Below are positions 23,238 to 32,011 of a stretch of 33,589 nt of DNA, piece after piece. This stretch comes from a virus. The notes under the pieces were generated by a model. That model was not told the origin of the DNA. It saw only the letters and a program-made list of their open reading frames with translations, and ran no database searches. Numbering within the stretch: position 1 is the stretch's first letter; each line of letters starts with the position of its first letter. The stretch lies in IMG/VR virus record IMGVR_UViG_3300027822_000009; one strand, 5' to 3'. The translations under genes were made by a program, and so were the position numbers.

Positions 23238-24040
23238 GTGAAAGCTTGATTTCTAGCGAAAACGGAGTATCATTAGAGTCTGGTGTGGTAGACGTCTCGA
23301 GTGCTCAATCCGAGAGCGCTGTAGGCTATGAAAGCGGGTCAGCACCCATTCAACCACCTTCATCAGACGTGCCTGATGCCGCACCTGCTAATCCTGATTT
23401 AGAGCTCTGGTTCATCGATGAAAATGTCCCAGGCACTGGCCCTAAGCCAGATTACTTATCTTCAAAATTCGGCTCACAAGCCGCTCAAGCAAAAGCATAT
23501 AAAGACGCAGAGCGAAAGCTCGGTTCTTTTTCTGGTGCTCCAGAGGAGTACAGCGTTGAATCCTTTGAGCAGAGAGAGGACTGGTCTTTTGATTCTTCTG
23601 ACCCTATGTTTCAGGACTTTCAGTCTTATGCAAAAGAACAAAACATGTCTCAAGATATCTTTGATGGAATTGTAAATAGATACATTGAAGGAAAAATATC
23701 CTCGCAGACCACTCCCGAGCACGAAATAGAGAAGCTAGGACCAGATGGCCAGGAGAAAATCAACACGGTCACATCCTGGATTAACAATAACTTTTCAAGT
23801 GAAGAGGCGGAGTCCTTAAAGTCCATGGCAACGTCGGCAGAGAAGGTTATGATGCTAGATAAACTGCGCAAATTAACCCGAGAATCTGGCCTTCCAAGCG
23901 CCAAGGAAGCCTCTCAATATCAAGAAAAGCTAAATGCACAGTATTTGGAGCAGCTAGTCCAAGACCCTCGCTACATGACAGACCCCGTGTTCCGGGCTGA
24001 AACCACTAAAAAGTTTGAGGCTCATTACGGAACAAATTAA
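23234..24040 (+). CDS. Capsid scaffolding protein candidate
   Basis: Acidic 268-aa protein predicted to be helical, positioned between portal and major capsid as T7 gp9 is. Confidence 0.55.
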   Translation: MSESLISSENGVSLESGVVDVSSAQSESAVGYESGSAPIQPPSSDVPDAAPANPDLELWFIDENVPGTGPKPDYLSSKFGSQAAQAKAYKDAERKLGSFSGAPEEYSVESFEQREDWSFDSSDPMFQDFQSYAKEQNMSQDIFDGIVNRYIEGKISSQTTPEHEIEKLGPDGQEKINTVTSWINNNFSSEEAESLKSMATSAEKVMMLDKLRKLTRESGLPSAKEASQYQEKLNAQYLEQLVQDPRYMTDPVFRAETTKKFEAHYGTN

Positions 24041-24054
24041 ATCAATTATAAATA

Positions 24055-24083
24055 TTGACATTTAAATTGATTTTGGATATATT
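24055..24083 (+). promoter_or_regulatory. Near-consensus sigma70 promoter upstream of the capsid gene
   Basis: TTGACA (24055-24060), 17-nt spacer, TATATT (24078-24083), followed by a leader of about 158 nt. Confidence 0.6.
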
Positions 24084-24247
24084 TAACGAAAGGTGTGGGT
24101 AGGGATTTTATCTCTATCCGCGCTGTTGCTTGGCCTGCCCTGAAAGACTGGACAGATAACTAAGCGTATTGTTTTCGGCCCTCCCTGTAATACTGGTTGT
24201 GACACCCGAATAAATTAGGTTTTTTAATTTATTTAGGAGTTACAATT

Positions 24248-25087
24248 ATGTCCAAGTTTTTAAAAGAAGTTGCAAGTATTGAGTTTTCGTCTTTGGTTAA
24301 AGCCATTTACCAGGCGAAAGGCTTTCACCTGCGCGACACCGTCCGAACAAAATCAGATGTACGAGGCAAGAGCATTAAATTCCCATTAATGGGCGAAGGT
24401 ATGGCTCAACAAAAAGCATCGCAAGATGATGTTAGCCCTATGAATATCACTTATGTACATAAAGAAGCTATTTTAACCAACTGGAATGCTGTCGAATACA
24501 CCGATATCTTTGACCAACAAGAAGTTGCTTTTGACGATAAGAGAGAGTTAGCAGAAGCGATTGCTATGGCGATTGGTCGTCGGAGTGATCAAATCCTTAT
24601 TGGCGCACTAGACTCATCAACTACCTCCAATCTTATTCCCGTAGGTGGCACTGGCTTTACGTTTGCAAAGCTTCGCGACATCAACAAGTTCCTAAATGCT
24701 AACGGTGTAGGACGAGAAGGTCGCACTATTGCGCTTACTGCTGGGGCAGAGGCTCAATTATTGGACCAAGAAAAAATTACAAGCAATGACTTTGTTAGTC
24801 AGATGGCTCTTAATAATGGCGGCTTGGATAACCTTAAGATATTTAACTTTATGTTTAAAGTTATTCCTACCATGGGAGAGGGTGGTTTGCCGGGCACTGA
24901 TACGGACCGCACATGCTTTGCATACGCGCACGACTCAGTAGGCTTTGCTACAGGTCTTAACTTTAGGACTGAAGTTAACTACATCCCTGAGAAACTATCT
25001 TGGCTCAGCGCTGGTATCTTCCAGGGTGGCGCTATTCCTGTAGACGACAAAGGTATCGTTAAAATTAGCATTGACGAAACTGTTTAA
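24248..25087 (+). CDS. Major capsid protein
   Basis: Positioned after the scaffold, with its own strong promoter, SD TAGGAG and a downstream terminator. 279 aa, with codon usage that looks typical of a highly expressed gene. Confidence 0.7.
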   Translation: MSKFLKEVASIEFSSLVKAIYQAKGFHLRDTVRTKSDVRGKSIKFPLMGEGMAQQKASQDDVSPMNITYVHKEAILTNWNAVEYTDIFDQQEVAFDDKRELAEAIAMAIGRRSDQILIGALDSSTTSNLIPVGGTGFTFAKLRDINKFLNANGVGREGRTIALTAGAEAQLLDQEKITSNDFVSQMALNNGGLDNLKIFNFMFKVIPTMGEGGLPGTDTDRTCFAYAHDSVGFATGLNFRTEVNYIPEKLSWLSAGIFQGGAIPVDDKGIVKISIDETV

Positions 25088-25103
25088 GAATATTGGTAAC
25101 GCG

Positions 25104-25133
25104 GTGGGAGAGTTTAGGCTCTCCCACATTTCT
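25104..25133 (+). terminator. Rho-independent (probably partial) terminator after the capsid gene
   Basis: gtgggagag-tttagg-ctctcccac followed by atttct. Confidence 0.6.
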
Positions 25134-25145
25134 GGAGAATAGAAA

Positions 25146-25772
25146 ATGGCATTTGAATTAAAAGGTTTAAATACAATATCATCAGGGATGAATACATTTG
25201 CCCCTACTACGTACGCTTACATTACAAATGATTCCGCCGCAACAGTCGAGTTGGCTAATTATTTTAACGCGGCTTATTTAAAATTTCGTGAGAATGACTT
25301 AATTCAATCCTCTTTAGATATGGCAGCCACGCCAGTATATAAATTCTTTAGAGTAGTAAGTTCCTCAATTAGCGGGGTTGTTGTTGAAGAAATAAGCTTT
25401 GGAGGCTTAGGTGCTTCTGGAATTATAACTTTAACTCAGCACATTAATAACACGCAGATTAGTGTAGCGACCCCAACTTCATTTAATATTTACCCTCCGA
25501 CAACCATTAGTGGTGTAGCTACTTTCACTTTACTAGGGGCTACATTTAACTACATCGAGCTTAGCGGCAGTCCTTTCGGAGTTTCATTCCTGGTAGGAGC
25601 AACTGTTGTTCATTCGCTTGACTTAACCTCAGTTGGACCCAACAACAAAGGGAGCTTCACAAGCTCTCAGCTTGTAGGGGCAAATGACCCTCTGGTCTTC
25701 AGGAATGACAGCCAGCCTCATCCAAGTGTTACTGGGCTTTACATTAACTGGATTTTACAACCAGCAAGCTAA
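25146..25772 (+). CDS. MAF-family paralog A (208 aa); capsid decoration/head-fibre candidate
   Basis: The N-terminal ~80 aa are shared with the next two genes, and the C-terminus NWILQPAS parallels NWVLTPLS in paralog B. Confidence 0.6.
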   Translation: MAFELKGLNTISSGMNTFAPTTYAYITNDSAATVELANYFNAAYLKFRENDLIQSSLDMAATPVYKFFRVVSSSISGVVVEEISFGGLGASGIITLTQHINNTQISVATPTSFNIYPPTTISGVATFTLLGATFNYIELSGSPFGVSFLVGATVVHSLDLTSVGPNNKGSFTSSQLVGANDPLVFRNDSQPHPSVTGLYINWILQPAS

Positions 25773-25781
25773 GGATTTATT

Positions 25782-26411
25782 ATGGCTTTTACACTTGAAA
25801 CATTTAACATGGTTTCTTCCGGAAAGAATACCGCCGCTCCTATGGTTTACGCCTACTCGAGTGTAGATGACCTAGCTGAAGTATCATCAAATAATTACTT
25901 CAACGATAAGGCGGTCACATTGAAGCGTGGCGACATTCTTGAGTGTATTACTTCTTTGGGTGTTATGCCTAGCTTGTACGCAGTATTAAAGGTGGTCTCA
26001 TCCTCATTTGGCTCGGTTACTACCAAGATTATTGGCAATGAGACTGCTAGTAGGCATGTAGTGGTTTACCAAACGATTGGTAACCATATGCTATCTCAAG
26101 CCCCACCTCAGACAGAGGGTATTTTCGCGCCTCAACTAGACCCATCAAACCCAACAAGCTACCAGATTGAGAGGATTGAGTATTCTTATTCTGGAGCGGC
26201 AGTCGGCCCTTTCCTTGTGTCCTTCAAAGAGGGCGCAAATACACTGCATACCGATAATTTAACTACCCATGGAACAGATGTAAAAGTTATTTTTTCGGTC
26301 CCCCCAATTTTCATTAGTTCGGACACGTTACTTGAGGTTACAAATGATACAAATACTCAAGCAGGAGTATTTTCAATCAAGGTTAACTGGGTATTGACCC
26401 CGCTAAGCTAG
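25782..26411 (+). CDS. MAF-family paralog B (209 aa)
   Basis: MAFTLETFNMVSSGKNTAAPMVYAY...NYFN...GDI...VVSSS aligns with paralog A along its full length. Confidence 0.6.
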   Translation: MAFTLETFNMVSSGKNTAAPMVYAYSSVDDLAEVSSNNYFNDKAVTLKRGDILECITSLGVMPSLYAVLKVVSSSFGSVTTKIIGNETASRHVVVYQTIGNHMLSQAPPQTEGIFAPQLDPSNPTSYQIERIEYSYSGAAVGPFLVSFKEGANTLHTDNLTTHGTDVKVIFSVPPIFISSDTLLEVTNDTNTQAGVFSIKVNWVLTPLS

Positions 26412-26446
26412 TCGGTTTTTTTTAATTCTCACAAGGAGAAAATATT

Positions 26447-26689
26447 ATGGCTTTTGATTTAAATGGTTTCAGTAACGGTAGCAACTCTCAGAAGGGCGCA
26501 CCTACCGCTCACACCTACAAAACAGAGGCAGATGCGATAGCTACTGTTGATGCTTCTGCATACTTCGACCAGGTTGCTCTTAGCCTCCTAATTGGGGACA
26601 CGATTTTCGTGGCAGCCTCCGATGCTAATAGTTTTCGTGTGGTAACAGCCACCACTCCTAATGTTACTGTGGCCGCGATTACTTTGTAA
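26447..26689 (+). CDS. MAF-family paralog C (80 aa, N-domain only)
   Basis: MAFDLNGFSNGSNSQKGAPTAHTY...AYFD...GDTI...FRVV corresponds to the shared N-domain only. Confidence 0.6.
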   Translation: MAFDLNGFSNGSNSQKGAPTAHTYKTEADAIATVDASAYFDQVALSLLIGDTIFVAASDANSFRVVTATTPNVTVAAITL

Positions 26690-27267
26690 TGGCATTTACA
26701 CGGATACAGATAATATCCAATGCAGTAACTTTGATAGGCAAAGGGGTGATAAACCAAACCACCTCTATTGGCCCTATTGGCCCTGCGGCAGAGCAAGCAT
26801 ACGACTTGCTCTATCCTTCTCTTTTATCCTCGGATAGCTGGAGATTTAATGTAAGGCTTCAGCAGTTAAGTAGGTTAGTATCGACCCCAATTATTGACGA
26901 CTGGAAGTATGTATTTCAGCTTCCTTCAGATTATTTAGCCTTGATTAGGCTGTATCCTCTCACCAATTATAATATCTACGAAGACAAGGTTTTTAGCAAT
27001 AATATTGACCTGACTGCGGAATACAGATTTTTAACACCTGAACATCTGCTGCCACCCACCTTTGTTGAATATTTTGTTTATGCGATTGCGGATTACTTAT
27101 CTCTTGGGGTTGCTCTTCAGGAATCTTATGCGGAAAAGATGGAGAAGAGAAAGGAATTAGCCTACCGAAGAGCTCTAGCTACCGATGGTTACTCTCATCC
27201 TAACCAGCCAATTGTTGATGCTCCTTTCATCGATGTGAGGTTTGGTTCGGGATACAATAGGGGATGA
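26689..27267 (+). CDS. Tail tubular protein A-like / adaptor
   Basis: 192 aa, directly upstream of a ~640-aa partner, mirroring T7 gp11/gp12 in size and order. Contains the motif IISNAVTLIGKG...SWRFN...W.Y.FQLPSDYL. Confidence 0.5.
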   Translation: MAFTRIQIISNAVTLIGKGVINQTTSIGPIGPAAEQAYDLLYPSLLSSDSWRFNVRLQQLSRLVSTPIIDDWKYVFQLPSDYLALIRLYPLTNYNIYEDKVFSNNIDLTAEYRFLTPEHLLPPTFVEYFVYAIADYLSLGVALQESYAEKMEKRKELAYRRALATDGYSHPNQPIVDAPFIDVRFGSGYNRG

Positions 27268-27271
27268 GCTC

Positions 27272-29200
27272 ATGGCTACCGTTGTTAGCATTCAATCTAA
27301 CTTTACTGCTGGGGAGCTCGATCCTCTTTTACATGGGCGGGTAAATTACGAGCCTTACTATAAAGGTGCCCAAAAAATAAGAAACTTTTTAACTGTTCCT
27401 CAAGGGGGGCTGCAAAGAAGGTTTGGATTATCCTTCATTCAAGATGTCTCTTCTTTTGGAATAACTTCTTTTTCTGATGTTGCTATGCATTCTTTTGAGC
27501 ATTCAGATGGTTCAGTTTATATTTTGCTTTTCGTACCCGGGTTTATTCGGATATATTTTGAAGATTCCTTGGTGGCCAACCTGGCTAGTCCCTATCTAGC
27601 CGCCGACATCCCGAACATTAACGTAACCCAAAGCATTGATCGCTTAATTATTGTAGATGGAACTAATCAACCAAGAGAACTGGTAAGAACAAGTGCGCAC
27701 GCAGGATGGACCTTAGGCGCACCATCTTTCCGATTCTTTCCTTCATATGATTTTAGGAACGATTATGATTCCGTTACTTTTACCCCCTCTGCTACTTCAG
27801 GGAATATTACTCTTACTTCATCAGGCCCCGTATTTGTTGCCGAGCATGTTGGTGGTCTTTATAGAGGAAATGGGGGTACAGTACGCATTACCGGCTTTAC
27901 TAGCGGAACTCAAGTCACCGGCTTCACGGTTACTGATTTCATTGATGGGGCAGCCATCCTGGGGACTCTTTCCTTCCTTGGTGAGGTTGCTTTTTCTGAT
28001 GGCAGAGGCTGGCCAAAAACTGTAACATTTTTCCAGAATAGACTTACGTTTGGAGGGACAATGTCACTTCCTAACGGCATATTCCTATCCGCTACAAATG
28101 ACTATTTCAATTTCAATACTTCGGTCACTAATGATGCAGATGCTATTTCAGTTATTATTCACGGGAGAAAAGGTAATAAAATTATTCATACAGTTGGCTA
28201 CACAAGCCTCCTTGTATTTACTACTCATGGGGAGCATTCAACCTCTCTAGTGCAGGAAGCACCTTTAACCCCATCCAATGCTTTTTTTGCTGAGCAAACG
28301 AGCAGAGGAATTGCAGACCCTGAGATTTCATTTATTGATAATCAAATTATTTATATCGATAAAGGTGGTAAAATTATTCGCAGTCTGGGTTATAATGCGG
28401 AGAAGGTTAAGTATGATGAGGTGGACATTAGTGTCTTATCTCCTCAGCTAATTAGAACTCCTCTTGATAGCTCGTCTTTTGAGAATACGGACAGAGACAA
28501 TGGGACATATTTGTTTTATCCAAATTCGGATGGAACTCTGGCAGTTTATCAAACCCTGCAAGAGCAGGGAGTAAGTGCGTGGACCTTGTGTACTACCGAT
28601 GGTGAATTTGGTAAAACCACAAGCATCAACAACGAAGTATATTTCGTGATAAAGAGAAACATAGATTCACAAGATGTGTTTTACCTGGAAAAATTAGACT
28701 TCAATAGGTTTACAGATAGTGCGTCTTACCAGGAGTTTGTTACTCCTGAAAGTGTTATAACAGGTCTCACTCATCTTGAAGGTAAAACGGTTAGCATCAT
28801 AGGGGATGGTTTGATTTTCAATGAGCAACAAGTTTCTGGTGGCCAAGTAACTCTTGAGAAAGAAGTTTCTACAGTAGAGGTGGGAATTAATTTTATCCCA
28901 GAGATGGTTCCTATGCCTCTTAATATACCTACTCAGCTTGGAAACAATCTATATCTACCAAAGAGGATAAAGACTGTTTTCCTTGATTACTTTAAGTCGT
29001 TAGGGCTTAAAGTTAATGGCGTGTTGGTCCCTTCTTTAGAGTTTGGTGATTCAACCAGCTTTAATCCCATTGAGCCAAAAACTGGTTTTTCAGAAGTCCC
29101 TCTTCTTCAGGGTTGGGACCCAAGAGAAAAAATTACAATTACACAGGACCAGCCTCTACCAGCAACTATTAGAGGCGTTGGATATGAGGTGGATATTTAA
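27272..29200 (+). CDS. Tail tubular protein B-like (nozzle)
   Basis: ATG at 27272. The N-terminal motif FTAGELDPLLHGRVNYEPYYKGAQKIRNFLTVPQGGLQRRFG is common in podoviral nozzle proteins. Confidence 0.55.
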   Translation: MATVVSIQSNFTAGELDPLLHGRVNYEPYYKGAQKIRNFLTVPQGGLQRRFGLSFIQDVSSFGITSFSDVAMHSFEHSDGSVYILLFVPGFIRIYFEDSLVANLASPYLAADIPNINVTQSIDRLIIVDGTNQPRELVRTSAHAGWTLGAPSFRFFPSYDFRNDYDSVTFTPSATSGNITLTSSGPVFVAEHVGGLYRGNGGTVRITGFTSGTQVTGFTVTDFIDGAAILGTLSFLGEVAFSDGRGWPKTVTFFQNRLTFGGTMSLPNGIFLSATNDYFNFNTSVTNDADAISVIIHGRKGNKIIHTVGYTSLLVFTTHGEHSTSLVQEAPLTPSNAFFAEQTSRGIADPEISFIDNQIIYIDKGGKIIRSLGYNAEKVKYDEVDISVLSPQLIRTPLDSSSFENTDRDNGTYLFYPNSDGTLAVYQTLQEQGVSAWTLCTTDGEFGKTTSINNEVYFVIKRNIDSQDVFYLEKLDFNRFTDSASYQEFVTPESVITGLTHLEGKTVSIIGDGLIFNEQQVSGGQVTLEKEVSTVEVGINFIPEMVPMPLNIPTQLGNNLYLPKRIKTVFLDYFKSLGLKVNGVLVPSLEFGDSTSFNPIEPKTGFSEVPLLQGWDPREKITITQDQPLPATIRGVGYEVDI

Positions 29201-29664
29201 TGGGTGACCCAGTAACAACAGCTTTCACAGTATTGGGTGGAGTATCCAAAGGTATCGGGGCTTTTCAGGCTAGACAGGGGGCAGCCCTCCAACGGTCAAG
29301 CTTAAGAACACGGAGAACCCAGGAAAAAGTGGCAGCTACTCAGCGCTCGATAAGGCGAATAGATAACCTTTCTCGAGTTCTTTCTTCCAATGTAGCTAGG
29401 GCCGGGGCTGGCGGGATTGAGATAACATCCCCTAGTTTTCGCTCAGTGCAGGCAAACGACTTTAATGCTTTTAACGAGGATGAAAAGGCGGATGCTTTAA
29501 ATACCAAGTTCAGAGAGAGCTTTATCAACCAGAAGATTAGCGCTGCAACGAGAAATGAAACCTCCACCTTAATAAATCTAGCGGGAGAATCATTATCTCA
29601 GGCCACACAATTTAGCACCGGACAGTCGGTATTTAAAAGTTCACTAGATGGAGGAACTAAATAA
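29200..29664 (+). CDS. Internal virion protein (gp14-like size, 154 aa)
   Basis: Positioned after the nozzle gene with a TAATG coupling. No catalytic motif recognised. Confidence 0.4.
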   Translation: MGDPVTTAFTVLGGVSKGIGAFQARQGAALQRSSLRTRRTQEKVAATQRSIRRIDNLSRVLSSNVARAGAGGIEITSPSFRSVQANDFNAFNEDEKADALNTKFRESFINQKISAATRNETSTLINLAGESLSQATQFSTGQSVFKSSLDGGTK

Positions 29665-32009
29665 TGCCAAGCTTACTTCAACTTCAAAGCCAGGTTGCCA
29701 TTCAACCCCAAGAATCAGATGCCCCGGTTAGTCAATCTTTTGCCAAATTAACATCAGCTTTAGATGGATTGAGTAATAAAGCATTTGTTTCAGGCCAATT
29801 AATACAAAAGAAAAGAGCCGTCGAGGATAAGCAAGCGCTACAAACCTCTAAAATAGCTGCCGGTATTGATATCCGAGACAACATAAACAGAATAAAGGAA
29901 GAGCATTTAGACCCTAAAAACTTTGGAACCCATAGCTTGGGGTCTTTTCAGAATGCCGCAGCCGGGTATTTAGAAGGCGTCATGCCTTCTATACAGCCGG
30001 AAAACCGGGCAGCCATCACCAATATCGCGTCTGCCTATGTGGAGGGCGGGAAAGAAGATATCAGACGCAGCCTGCGAAAGGTGGCAACCAGCCGGATGCA
30101 AGCGGATTTAGATGAAAGTTACTTTAAAAATAAGACAGATGCAGAAAATCAAGCTTTTGAAGGGGATGCAATATCAGCGGCGGGCATAAATGGTCAGGTT
30201 GTTCAGTCTTTAAACTTAGCCTTAGAATCTGGCCTTATAAGCTCATCAAAATTTACCGCCCTTAAAGAAGGTTTAAACAAATCCCTCCAAGAACAGACCT
30301 ATCTGGGTGATTTTCACCGAGCACTTGAGAACGACGAGGTCGACCAACCTTTAGTTGTTCAAGAGAAGTTTAAAAACGGTGATAAATATTTAAAAATCTT
30401 TGAAGACTCCAAGACAACTGGACTATCTCCCGAGGAAAAAGAGAGATTAACCATTAAGATGCGAGGTATTCTCCGCCAGAGAAAGCAATCTATCCGGGTC
30501 CGGGCTGATAAGATAAATGAAGTAATGAAAGATACGGTGGTTCAAATCCAAAATGGAGAGGCTCCCGAGGATGTGGAAGCGCGTATAGCAATGGTGGAGA
30601 TGGCAGCACCTCACAAAGCCGATAGATTCAGGCGTCAAGTAGAGGGGGCTAAAAAGTTTTGGACAACAGCAGAGGCTATTCGCTATGAGGGTATCGCCCA
30701 AAAAAACATAATGATAAACAGGGCCAGGGAAAGAATAGACCTAACGAGACCCGGAGCTGCTGAGCGTCTTAGTGAGTTTAATCAGATAGAGCAAGAAAAT
30801 AAAAAGCAAATAAAAGAATTTAAGAATAATCCAGCAGGATACACTTTCCCTTCGCCAGAAGTTCAGAATGCGATTAAATCATACAATGATTCAGGTATGC
30901 GAGGGGTCTTAAGTAAGGAAGAGGATGCTAAGCATTTAGCCCAGGTTACTGACCAAGCTTTGCTTGCCACACAAAAAAACATGGGTCTAACCCAGGATGA
31001 AGTAAGGGTGGTTCCAAATGATAGGGCGGCTTTTATTGCCCAGGAAATCAATGCCAGAACAAATGTTGCTGAGCAAGCAGCGATTATAAGAGCAGAGGCT
31101 GACAAGCACGGGAAGTATAGCTCTGTCGCCTTGAGGGATTTAAATAGAGCTGGAGCCCATCAAGCCTCTATGTTTTATAATTCCATGTTAAATAATGAGC
31201 AAGTTCTATCTTTAATTCCAGATGCTACCGACGCATGGTCTTTACCCACGGGTGACCTGGAGAAAGTCGTCAAAGACTCTGTAGACCTTAAATCCTTACG
31301 CTCTAGTGTGGCGGAAGACACTTCGGTATGGGAATCTACTCTTGGAAATGGAGCCACTGTCCCTGTGATAAATAACACCAGAGAGCAGCTTTACAAATTG
31401 TCACTCATTCTTGCAAGGAAAATGGGGAAGGGTGATGCATCAAAAAAGGCGACATCGGTAATAAATTCAAACTACGAGTACAGCTCTTATAACGGAAATA
31501 ACTTTAGGGTGCCGGTTAAGTCTCAAGTACCAATCTCTAGGATAGTAGCCATAGGGAAAGCATTCCAGGAAAGATTGCGAAACGTAGAGGGAGTCAGGAT
31601 TTTTGAAGGAGATGAGCTTGGTAAAAATCTAGAGCTAAGAGTTCCTCCGACTTATTTCCCCGAGCTTTCAGAAGGTGCTAGACAGATAACTTATCGCTCA
31701 GATTTGATGAGAAATTCGTTCTTTCAAAACAAGGCTGATGACTCAGGAATGTACCTGGCCGATGGCTCAGGTTCCCCAGTAAAGCTAAAGAATGGTGTTG
31801 ATTTTTCATTTTCATTCTCACAACTTGCTAACCCATCAAGTCCTATCAATAAGGTTTTGAACTTAAATGTTCAGACGGCTGCAGAGCAAGCATTTGAAGC
31901 TCAGAAACAAGGGGAAACTTTCTCTCAGGAGCAAAACAAGTCTTTATTTGATGTTAGTGATGAGAATGACATTAGGAAAATACTTGGTTTAGATGAGGAT
32001 GAAGAGTAG
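29664..32009 (+). CDS. Internal virion protein (gp15-like size, 781 aa)
   Basis: Long ORF predicted to be helical, assigned by position and size. Confidence 0.4.
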   Translation: MPSLLQLQSQVAIQPQESDAPVSQSFAKLTSALDGLSNKAFVSGQLIQKKRAVEDKQALQTSKIAAGIDIRDNINRIKEEHLDPKNFGTHSLGSFQNAAAGYLEGVMPSIQPENRAAITNIASAYVEGGKEDIRRSLRKVATSRMQADLDESYFKNKTDAENQAFEGDAISAAGINGQVVQSLNLALESGLISSSKFTALKEGLNKSLQEQTYLGDFHRALENDEVDQPLVVQEKFKNGDKYLKIFEDSKTTGLSPEEKERLTIKMRGILRQRKQSIRVRADKINEVMKDTVVQIQNGEAPEDVEARIAMVEMAAPHKADRFRRQVEGAKKFWTTAEAIRYEGIAQKNIMINRARERIDLTRPGAAERLSEFNQIEQENKKQIKEFKNNPAGYTFPSPEVQNAIKSYNDSGMRGVLSKEEDAKHLAQVTDQALLATQKNMGLTQDEVRVVPNDRAAFIAQEINARTNVAEQAAIIRAEADKHGKYSSVALRDLNRAGAHQASMFYNSMLNNEQVLSLIPDATDAWSLPTGDLEKVVKDSVDLKSLRSSVAEDTSVWESTLGNGATVPVINNTREQLYKLSLILARKMGKGDASKKATSVINSNYEYSSYNGNNFRVPVKSQVPISRIVAIGKAFQERLRNVEGVRIFEGDELGKNLELRVPPTYFPELSEGARQITYRSDLMRNSFFQNKADDSGMYLADGSGSPVKLKNGVDFSFSFSQLANPSSPINKVLNLNVQTAAEQAFEAQKQGETFSQEQNKSLFDVSDENDIRKILGLDEDEE

Positions 32010-32011
32010 AA

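Noticed and set aside
26398-26423. T8 run after paralog B as a terminator
   Set aside because: The preceding sequence forms only a weak, mismatched stem, and the T-run lies just upstream of the next gene's SD region.
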